A stretch of 64,000 nucleotides of DNA from Camelus ferus. Its lineage: Eukaryota. Positions 1 to 11,200 of this stretch are shown here, piece by piece (within the stretch, counting starts at the first letter, position 1; every line of letters begins with the position of its first letter). The translations under genes were made by a program, and so were the position numbers. Below the pieces are notes generated by a model. That model saw only the letters and a list, made by a program, of their open reading frames with translations, searched no databases and had not been told where the DNA came from. The stretch spans positions 46,812,001-46,876,000 of the forward strand of contig NC_045696.1 of the NCBI RefSeq assembly GCF_009834535.1, read 5' to 3'.

Positions 1-1340
1 CCTACATGGATGGTGTTGCCATAATCCATTATTTTCTGCAGCTGTCAAACTGGAGGTCTTGAGCTGGAAAGGTGCTGCCCCCCAAAATGAAACCCAGTTG
101 CATCTGGAAGCCTACACCTCCATGGGAGCTCAAATCAGGCTGAGTGCAGTTCTGTGCTACACAGAACAGCTTTCTGTGCAGGAGGTAGGCTATTAAATGC
201 TTTCCGAACTCCATTAGTTACTCCTGCCGAGAGTGAAAAAGTCCTCATAAATGCATAAAAATTAAATTGCCTATGAGGTAAGGAATGAGACGGTACTTTG
301 CTACCAAATATTATTTTCCATTTAAATGGTCTACAGTCACACACACAAAGCAGAACCAGAGAGTGCATACTTGCAAGGAATGCAGCACTGACCAGGAATT
401 CTGTGCCTGAAAATCTCATGCCATCTCAGTCTTTACAGTCTCCTGATTTGGCTTCAAGTTAACTTCCACTCTGTCCCCCGTTCCCACCTACGATGGAGCC
501 CACAGTGCCATTCCAGGCCAGACGTGGGACTCAGGCTGGCCCAATCAGAGCGTCAGACTGTCTCTGTGCCTGAGGGAGGGAGGCACGTGGCCCAGTCAGC
601 ACTGAAGGGCAGTGAGGGGTGGAGGAGACTGTTGACAAAGGGCGTACGCTCTTTTCCTCCCCTCTCCACCCCCTGAACTCTGGAGGTGGGTCTGGGATTG
701 TGGTCAGCCGTTTTACCATCACGTGCAACCTCTGAGTGAAAGCAACAAGGAGGAAAGCTGAAAACTGGAGACACTGGATCCTTAGGACACTGTTTTGAGG
801 CCCACTATCTAGTTTTATGTACATCTGAATTTTCAGTTATATTAGCCCACATTAATAAATCCCACATTTCTTAGATTTAGGTTTACTTTCATTTGCAATC
901 AAAATAGGTAACCAATTAAAATGGAAAATGATTTCAGTTGACATCTATGTCTTGGGAGAGACGTATCTCCTACAGATAAGGAGGGACGCTGTGAGGCAGG
1001 TGAGTGGCTTGCTGAGGCCCTCTGCTAGTTGACAGTGGGACTAGAACCAAGGTCCCCTGCTTTCTCAGGTGATATCTTCACTATTACTGTGGGGAAAATG
1101 AATGTGCTGGACTTGCTTAAAACTTTTAATTAAAACTTTATTCTGATCAAAAGCTTACCTATTGGATATTATTATAATACTTAAAAAATAATTTATAAGT
1201 TAATATTTTAAGTCATCCTTTGCACTGTTACCTAGGATATGGACTTGAAAATACAGTGATAAACCGAACGTCTCGGTCACGTGCTTGTGGTCTGCTGTAG
1301 CAGCAACAGAAATTAGCCCAACAAAAAGAGCTTAAAATGT

Positions 1341-1346
1341 TTTATT
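1341..1346 (-). terminator. distal polyadenylation signal AATAAA (long 3'UTR isoform)
   Basis: CTTAATAAAACATTTTAAGCTCTTTTTGTTGGG, with two upstream TGTA elements. Confidence 0.85.
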
Positions 1347-4300
1347 AAGTATATATAATATTACAGGGAAATATTTACAAAGTTATGTTTTTTAAATAAA
1401 AAAAGTATCTTGGCAAAGATTGCAGATATTCAAAGCTTCAAACAGTGATAAATTGATTTAATACATATAAAAAAACCTTTAACGGTAACACAGCTGTAAA
1501 ACAACTTTGGTCTTTAAATCACTGCAAAAAATGGCTACTGACAAATAGCACACCTTTAATTGCTATGGAAAAAAGCCCCCAAGAGAGGATCCTGCACATA
1601 GCAACACTGGAGTTTTCTTTCTTTAGAATGGTTAATGGGTATTTATACGGTGTGTGATCTAATTCTCAATGATGGCTTTTTGTAAATAATGCTCTGCTTA
1701 ATAAAAACAGAAATGCTTCCTTGTCTCACCAACTTTGATAACAACACTTTAAAGTTTCCACTGATGTTGCCTTACAGAGAAGCTTATTACGACTGCTCTC
1801 TTTTTTTCAAAAAGCTAAATTGATGGGGAAACTGGCTGTGCATGTTAAGTAAGAGCTGTCAAAAGCCAAAGGCAGGAAAATTTCCTGTTTACTGCTCATC
1901 TCCTAAGTCACCTGGATTATCCCCATTAGCCACAGAAAATGACTTAACAAAGGACCCCAGTGGGTGATGGCAGTTAGTGATTTTGGAAACATGACACATG
2001 TAAAACTAAGGTTTCTAAACAAACTCTCCATCAAATAAAACATGATAAAACGATAAAGGGTTGCCCAACAATCTTTTCTCCACTTTCCAACAACAGGTGA
2101 AAAAAGGGTGTGTAGTTCTATACATACACCACAGATGTCTGTTTTTGAATACTCATGTTAGGGCTAGCGAAATCCAGGTAACAAAGAGCTCAATTATTAT
2201 TAATGAGAAGGAAGAGTAAACGTACCACTTTTTGAGCTTTATTATAACTCAAACTACAATTTGGTCGGTCACTTACTAAACTGACTACAGCATCCTGAAG
2301 AGAGCAATACTCCCAACTACAGGATAGCCCCATTGATGTAATTCTAACATTCACAGAAATTTAAACAGGCTGGATATGGGGTTTCCAGGTTAAAAAAATC
2401 ATTACCTTTTACCGTTTTCAGAGCATGTGAGATCTGTCTATAAAGAAAACTCTCTAGCTCACCCTATTAAAAATAGTGGCAAATCTAAATACTCTCAATC
2501 ATCAAACTTATGCAGTGAGTGTCTAATGTATGCAAAACACTGCAGGAAGAGAAGAAAAAAAAAAGGAATTTTTAAATTGAATGAGAGAAAGAAGACAAAA
2601 ATCCAATAGAGCTACACAGAGACACATGAAGAACTAGGAAAGGAAGGTAAGAGATGAAGGAGGCAGCTACAAAGACAGGGGTAGACTGCAAAGGAGAGCC
2701 AGTGGGGGAGGAAGGCTGGGAGGATGTTTGAAGGAGAGAGAAATTTGATTTGGCTGAAAAGGCTGGAAAAATTTGTTGTCAAAATGACAAACGGTGTCAC
2801 TCTGAGGACATACAGTAAATAAAAATGAACAAAGAGTCGGCGGCAAAAATTGGGACCAGTGACTAAAAAAGCAGATTATGGGGAGAAAAGTATTTGATGC
2901 ACAAAACATTGTTAGCAACTTTAATTTGGTGTGGCAGAAAACTGGGAGCCAGTGTAAGTCTAATCTAAAGAGAGCGAACTGGCCCAGCGATGCCCAAGCA
3001 ACAGGGCTCCCGCTGCCATGGTCCCTTTTCCACAGAAGCCGATGATGGGTAAGATCACCTGGCGTTTCTCCTGCAACCTCTGTGCGATGTCTAGGGCAGC
3101 GCATGCCTCGAAAGACAGGCAGCATTAAAGGAAACACAAAGGATAAGCTAGCTCCAAGGCTGAACCCCAAATAAATGAGAGCTGACTACATATTAAAAGG
3201 TAAAAGTCTAATTCATAAAAAAGTTTACTATAAAGATTTTCACACCTGGCTGTTTTCTCAATAGAGAATAGCAGTCTGGATCTTTTTCAAGTCCATCGGC
3301 TTTTTCTCCTCCTTTCATCAAAATTGGATTCTAAAGTAACAAATGATATTAGTAAAATATAAATATTTTCAGAAGGAAAAAGAGCAGCAGGAGCCATTAG
3401 ATTTGTATAAAGAGTACAGCTCCCTCTACATATGGTAACGTTCTGGACAGCAACACAATTAGGGAACTTTTTTTTCTTTTTCTTTTCAAGAAGAGCTGTC
3501 TTCATAGTGTGTTTACTTTTCTGAGAGGCATCAGCAGGTCATACATTTCGGTTTGCCACGGGCAAACCACTTGATCCCAGCATAAAATATGACAATTGAT
3601 TTGGCATAAAAGAGGTACACGGGAACATTCAGTGGACTGAGAAATAACCATTAATAATGCAACTACAAATAGGAATGTCTTATTGTTATTACACCAACAG
3701 GAAGAATAACTTGCATTTTTAGAGGGCATTGGTGAGCAGTCAAATGCTTGACAAATTACCTAGAATTTTTTAAGGTTTTAAGTGATCAAATATGCACGTC
3801 AAATGTAAGTCCACCCAATAAAGATCCGTTTTGAACTGTTTTTACTAAAAGCATGAAATTAACATTTGCTCTCCTGTAGGCACCCCGCCGTTGTCCATAC
3901 AGAAGATGCATGTGCCTATCTTACACATGTGCACACACAAACACACCCACAGGGAAGAAAACGAGCGCTAATACTCTAATAAAAGTACTCCAGGCGATCA
4001 CAACTGTCAGAGTGTTAATCTTCTTCTAACAGGGGGTAGGAAACGTGGGGGTTCTGATTTACTTTTCAATCTTAGAGTAAGGTGAGTACGAGGCAGGACT
4101 ACAGGAGGAGGATGACGGGTGTTAACCATGCAACACAGATACACAGTAATAAAGACCCCCTTCAGGGCTGGCCTGTTGGCCTGACGGTGACACACAGTAT
4201 GTTGCCATGCAGGAGACTCACAGTCCAAATCTCAATCTCGGTTTTTCATGCCCCAGATCAGAAAAGGAGTGAAGAAACATTGTAGATTGTGCCTTCAAAT

Positions 4301-4996
4301 CCAAGGAAGGGAATACATATGTTACAACCATCGCTATTTTTGCCGAAAAGTGTGAACATAGTTCTCTGAGAATAAGTCTGGCTCCTTTCTGCAATGATGC
4401 TACCGTGTCACTGGACCATGTTCAAAGAGGAGAAAAAGTGCTACATCTTGTACAGCAGAAGCAAATAACAGGAGGACAAGACAGGATGTAAAGGGTTGTG
4501 TGAGGGGGAGAAAAAAAACATATCCATCAATAAAATTACCCTAAATCTGAAAAGGGTCTGGTACACTGTATGTTGAAGGAAAAATGTGTGAGTGGCAACC
4601 CCCAGGAATGAAGACCATGAACCCCATGACTGACAAATCACATGTAGGCAGCATACACGATGTTCCCAACCAAATTCCTATCTGTACTTAATGTGTTGTT
4701 CCCTTGAGGACACACTACTCTGCTAACATCACAACTGTCAAAGTGGCTGTGAACCTGAATTTGCTAAGGTTCGATGGAAGCCACTGTTCTCAAGTATCTG
4801 TGGGTAACCGGGTTAGTGCCAGGTAATTCTCATCTGGAACCAATTTAAACTGGTGGCCTGGAGTCAAGAGGCCCAAGATCTGAAAGGCATCATTCTTGGA
4901 AGTTGCACACTCTACTTTTGCTCCTAATTGAATAAAAATAACAACAACAACAAAAAACTGGACCTCAATTGGGCACACAACACAGATCATAATTCT

Positions 4997-5002
4997 TTTA
5001 TT
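4997..5002 (-). terminator. proximal polyadenylation signal AATAAA (short 3'UTR isoform)
   Basis: About 200 nt after the stop, followed by a GU/U-rich tract (TGTGTTGTGTG...TTTTTTGTTGTTGTTGTTATTTTT). Confidence 0.85.
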
Positions 5003-5203
5003 AACTAAATTAAAAACACTTTAAATAAAAACTTAACTGTAATAATCATTCGAAGGCCAACAATTTACTTTCTCCCATAGATGGAGACTAGTTACTTTTC
5101 TTGTTTTCTTCTCCCAAACAGTGAATCAAGGCCATGGTGCTTTAACACAGGTGAATTTCTTTCACGTCTTACTACTCTCAGAATCAGAGTCCATCCCTTC
5201 ACT

Positions 5204-5212
5204 TCAGTTACT
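5204..5212 (-). CDS. CD47: CD47 exon 11 coding start, with stops in two frames
   Basis: tttcag|AGTAACTGA. TAA (5208-5210) is used after phase-1 donors and TGA (5204-5206) after exon 8. Confidence 0.95.
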   Translation of the reverse strand, partial: SN

Positions 5213-8200
5213 CTGAAAAATGGAAAAATGAACATATAATTGCTATGTGTGTCTATTTTCTATGCATTAACAAGTTGACATATTTAAAAAATTGAAAATA
5301 AGTTTTGGATATGCAGTATTTAAAAATAAGGAAAAATTATTTAATCTTAGATTTGCAAAGGTCACAGACATAAACCTGGTAAATCATTAGCCTTTTTGGT
5401 TACAGTTAAGTAAAAGCCAATTCCAAGTGGAAATAAAAATCATCAGTCTGATATTCTCTGTTTGCTGGGTTGGCTGATGAGAAGCCAAGAGATGTTGATT
5501 TTTCAAAGCAAAAGATATTGATCCTAGAATAAACATTCTGTCACATTCACTTTAGATGGACACCATTCACTTGCTTAAGTCAATCAAACACATGATTAGG
5601 TATAAGTGAAAGAGGAAATGGTACTGTGGTCCCAAGAGGGTGCTTGGGACCTCACTCACTGACAAGGCAGACACACTGTGAGCACTGTACACTGTCAGGA
5701 GGAAGGGCCCACCAGACAGGCATTTGGAAAAAACCCAACAAATTCTCAACAGCTAAAAATTAAGGGAATTTCAAAGGTCGTCATAGATTTCATGTGCTAC
5801 GAACATGCAAAAACAGCTATAACTCCTGTTACAATGGCACAGACAGTCACATCTTAAGGGAAATTAACAAAAGAAGAGGCATTCAAGGTTCTTCTACTGG
5901 TTTTCTGAAAATGGAGAAAAATTTAGTTTCTTCATACAACTACAGAAGAATGACATCACAGTAGGAAAAGGAAAAAAACAAAGAAATTAACACCAGAATG
6001 TAAACGCAGACACACCATGCCACACTTTCAGGTACCAGTTCTTTTTTAATGTTATTTAATGTATTCCTACTAACCATGATTTTTTTTTTTAATGAGGGCA
6101 GTAGTTAGAATAACAAAACATGCATTTTTGTAATAAAAGCTGTGACACAAACTTAAAAAAGTGGGAACATTCTGTGACTGCTTATTGAACACAGTGTAAT
6201 AAGCATTGTTTTAAACTGAGTCCAACACACAACTGGCATGTTTTCAATCTTAGGCAAAAATTAATTGCACTCAGGGAATATAGCCTCTTGGGTTAAATGC
6301 TGCACTTTGCTCTAGAGGTGAGCAGGTAGGTCACAGATTTTACAACAGTAAAATAGAAAGCAAACTATTTACGTGATCAAGGAATGATTATAAAAGTCGA
6401 AGGTAGGAAGAAATTTTTGACAAAATAAAAACATAGTTATTAAAATGTTAACAGAACTGAAGTATCACGACATGTTATGGTAAAATCAAAACAAACACTC
6501 ACAGCACTCAGAATCTCAGACTCACTTATTATAAGAACTGATAGATCTATGTCTTTGAAATATTCAATATAAATTAGAAGTTATTAGCCCAAAGTTCCAG
6601 AAAAAAAGCAAAAGCTGGAGCGAATAAACATTTCTCTCTCTCTTTGTAAATCCTCTCCCAAAAGGTTAGAACACAATTCTTGCTTTAAAAGCAGATATAT
6701 TAAGTCTCCATGGGATAAATGCAATAAAATCACCAACACAAGCACGAAAGAAACCCTGTCAAGACAACAAAGATTTGTGCCCGATTATCTGTCTTATAAA
6801 AAGCATTTTAAAGTTACAGTCACCCGACACTGTAACTGAAAAATGTTTTTAAAAAACGTTTTTAAAAGTAATTCTCTGTTACGAGCAATATAACTGGAAA
6901 GTCTGATTAGTGACACCCTACAGCATTTATATTACTAGTTTTGCAACTATTAACACAGTAGATTTAAGTTTTATAAACCAAGAAATGTAGGCCTTTATGA
7001 TTTGAGTGTCCCTTTTACTAAAAAAAAAAAAAAAAAAAAAAAAAAGCCACACTTCCAAGAAGCAATTTTATTTCTTTCAATGTCCGTATTTTAACCCACC
7101 TATAACTACAGGTGCACTTTATACTTACCATCATTCATCATTCCTTTTGATTCTTTAAATGCTAAGAATTAGTAACAAGCCAAGCAGACAGTTAGTAAGA
7201 TTCCGCAATTAGAAATCATTTCTAAATAAACTAATATGCAGCAGGATCATGCCAACTATTCCACAGCTCTAAAGCCAAGTTAATTTCAAGGTTATCATTT
7301 GATTACAAAAGCTTTCTGTGGATCATACCCACAGCCTACACAAGTCAGCTGGAAATAAAGATCTAGATTTAGGGAGAAAGAAAGTGAGATGTTTTCATCT
7401 CCCTCCATGATGATAGCCTGTGTCTTCCTGAAATTTATAATTAGAAGCTGAAATTATCTGGGATTCTTCTCTACTGGGGGTGTTACATTTCCTCGTGGCC
7501 AATTAAAAAGGCAGTGGTCCCCTCACCCAAATATCACTTGGCTAGCACAGGCAACTACTCAAGAGACACAGAACAGTGCATTTTTCTCAGAGGTGACAAC
7601 ATTACAAAAGCAACACTCAATTCTTGATGAAAAATCAAGAAAAGAGAGGTTAAGGCAAGAAAAATCCTAGATTCTTCCCAAGGCATAGACAGCACTTTAA
7701 TTGCTTTGGGGGCCAGTTCAAACTATGATCTGGTAACGGATCAACAAAAATATACAAATTTGTAATAACCACATACCATTAAGGGGTTCCTCTACAGCTT
7801 TCTGGAAAATATTTAAAATATATTTACATAAAATAGAATTTATTTCATGTCCTTTTATACTAAAATTTATATACATTAACATTTAAACTATATAATAAAC
7901 AGTGAATCCTATAGTCAAAAAAAAAAAAGGAAGGCAACATAGGTTAGTTAGAAAAGCAAGCTTGCAAAGTTTTATAATAAATAACTGCATTATTCTCTTA
8001 ATATACTTTTTGTCATGCAGAATTTCCGATCCCACCCTGCCTCTCTCAGTTCAAGAAATCCTAACTTCTTGAAGCACAAACATGAATAGTAATATAATAA
8101 ATAATACAGTTAAACCAGAGATGAGAGCAAAACAGAATCATTTTCAAGTCATGCAAATTGAACTCAGTAACAGGGAAAGAAAATGTGTTAGGATTTAAGG

Positions 8201-11200
8201 GTCTAATGGCTGAATTGTCTCTAACAGAGGTACTTTTAAAACTTCTGGCTGTTTGTGACCAAGGTAGCAATGGCATCAGTCTTTTTAAAATGGACACCTG
8301 TGTAAGATGCACCCTCACTTCCCTTGCCTTTCAGGCATGTCTGTGGAGGCTTGTCAGATAATCTCCACTTCCTGCCATGGACAGGAACCTTGCTTTTGGC
8401 ACTGCGGATGAGTGAGCATTAATCCTTTAAAGGAAGATGATGACATATAGTCCTTTCTAGATCTTATTTCCATAAAGTAGCCCATGTGCCTGTCACCATG
8501 ATGAGTCTCTCTCTATAAAGGTTTTTTCACCCCCCTCATTTATCCCTCTCAGTTTACCTCCTAAATTTGCTCCTTTCCTTGGAATTTCCTCAGATAGCTT
8601 ATTAAGGTATCCAAGATACAGTGAAAATGACAGTACAGTTTGGAGGAAGAAAAATGTTTATAAAATGAGGGAAAGAGGGAAATGAATCCTAATTCAGAAC
8701 AGTCATTTTTCAGCTATATTTACATTTATTTTACAGACTGTCAATTTTAATGAAATCCATTTATTATAAACCCCTCTCCCTCATTTTTAAGCCTGAAATC
8801 TCATTCCGTGTATGCACATCAAATGGATCCAACAGGTGAGGCAATATATTGTAATCAGCTTCCTTTAGCAGATAATGACCGTTATTCTTACACAAAAACT
8901 TTCCAGTTCTGGGTGTGAGAAGTCTGCATAATCTTAAGGAATCATTTATTCTATCCCACTGCTACTAAATGGCCAGAGGTTTTAAAATAGATTGGATCTA
9001 TTCATGCAAAGGTCATGAAATGACTTCAGTGTTCTCTTAATTTGATGTTACACTAAACAGCTAGCAAAGGGGTTCAATATCTCAATTACCATTCTTCAGT
9101 CTAAACCATTAAGCAATTCATTTAAGAAATTTTAACTTACCCTTGGAGGCTGTATAGTCCTGTGATCAGAAGCTGATAAAATTAAAAAAAAAAAAAAGTA
9201 AATTTAATAAATGGAAGAAATTAAGGCAATATTATGTTTAATTTTAAGATAAAATGTTCAGGACTAAAACTAAAAGTGTCAGAATCTCCACTGAAAGAGT
9301 TCTGGCTTTGACAGTCTATTAAAAATACAGAACACTCTTAATTATACACATTGACAGAATAAAATAATGCAAATGATCCACCTAAATCAAATAATAAACA
9401 TACACATTCTACTCACTCCCACTTTAGACTCTGCATCCCTCCCTACTCAGCCCAGCTGGAATGTGGAAAGAACAGGGAGAGGACCACTCTCTGCCTCTCT
9501 TCCATCCCCCACCCTTAGCTCACTGCTCTTGTTTCCTGTAGCCCAGTCTTTTTTTTTATTCTCCCATCCTTACAGTTCTCAAAGCTCCAGATAGCTAACA
9601 AACTAAACAAACAAAAATTCGGATCCCTGTTGAGTTTAAAGAATGATTGTAGGCAACTAGTTTTAGCTACAACCAAGCCCCCCTCTCCTGCTTCTTAGCT
9701 TTCCAAGTTACCCTTCACTGCTTCTGAAAGGATTGGTTAATGAAGATGAAGGAATACAGGGCGTGAAGAAAGTGACAAAGGGAAAAGAAGTACTCTTGTT
9801 GCACAGGGAAGAAGAGAGAACTTACAATAACCCAGTGAGGAGGCCCCGAGGCAGCTAAAACCAGTCCTAAGGACAGAGTCAGGGTCCTGCAGACACAGAA
9901 GCGTCCAGTGACAGCACCCTGTGAATCACTCTGGAGGAGGGTCGCCAGTCCCACTGCCCCTGGACTGGGCAATGGCACTGGGTCTGCCCCCGAGCAGACT
10001 GCGGAGGCCCGCAGAACGGCTCTGGTCTTCTGTGCTCGTTATCTCCTGCTCCTCCACACCCACTCCATGAGGGGAAATGGGGCTGAGACCTGACCCAAGG
10101 GCAGCCAATCTACAGACGAGCCGGAAGCCGCTCAGTCTGGCTCCAACAGGGGAGACGGCCACTGACTGGCCCGTAAAGTCTCTCTCTCCCACTGGAACCT
10201 GAAGAGGAGGCACAGAAAGGCGGCTAGAAAGTTGGTGATGGGAAAGGAGGGGGAAGAGGAGACAGGAAGTAAGCAAGGAGAAGCTCAAGGCTTAGAGCCA
10301 AAGGTCAGAAAGATACATCAGTGAGAAGACACGAAGAGGAGAAGAGAACCCTGAGGAGAGGATGAGCTAGTTGGCCAGCAGGTGAAGAACTAAAGAGGGA
10401 GGAACCAAGCAGCTATCACTGGCAGAAGGGCATCAGCTCCCTCTTGTCACTGAGAGGGCAAATGATGACCCAGTCTTTAGAGATGCACTGGATTCTTCCA
10501 ATTCCTAACTACTCACTATTGCACTCTCAGGGAGGCCCGGTTACATATCTGCTCTCATGAGATTTCCACCTCTGTTAGTGCCATGTGTAGTTTTAAAGTA
10601 AATCTCCACTGGAGGCACTTGGGAGTGCTTTGGTCCTTGCAACTAAACAAGAAGGAAACCTCTTTTTAAAGTACTATGGAGTGAAATATGTTGGGAATAT
10701 GGGTAAATCACACTTAGCAGCCTCCCAGATAAACAAAGCAGAATTACAGAACTTTATTAGGGACAATCACGATACTGACATGTATATACAACTTACTTCA
10801 ACTAAACCATGTCTTGCATCTATGTTTTATCAAGGAAAAGAGAACTGAGCAGCTATATAAATTTCTGATTGGTAATGTGAAGGCATGAAGGGTCAGAGGT
10901 AAGATTTTAGAGGTATATTTTTAAGCTTATAAATTATTTATCAGAATTAGTATTAAGAACTGCCAAGAAACTTCCTTCAATAACCCTAATAATGAGTAAA
11001 GAATAGCCTCTGAGTTCTAAATCTCAGGTCCAAGGAACGTCACATTTGGCTAGCCCTTTCTGAAACAAAGAGATCTACAAAGAATAGTGATTCAAAGGGC
11101 ACTAGTCAGCTGTGATCCTTCTAATATTATAAAAGCAAACAGTGCAGAAGTTAATTTCGCTTGAGTTAATCCTCTCCAATAGGCATATGACCTATGTGAC

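Larger units (their letters stand above)
1325..5203 (-). other. CD47: CD47 long 3'UTR (about 3.9 kb; end approximate)
   Basis: Runs from the stop codons to the distal AATAAA; U-rich on the mRNA strand. Confidence 0.88.

Noticed and set aside
2612..3170. 167-aa ORF in the 3'UTR
   Set aside because: No recognisable homology, non-ATG start, and located inside the CD47 long 3'UTR
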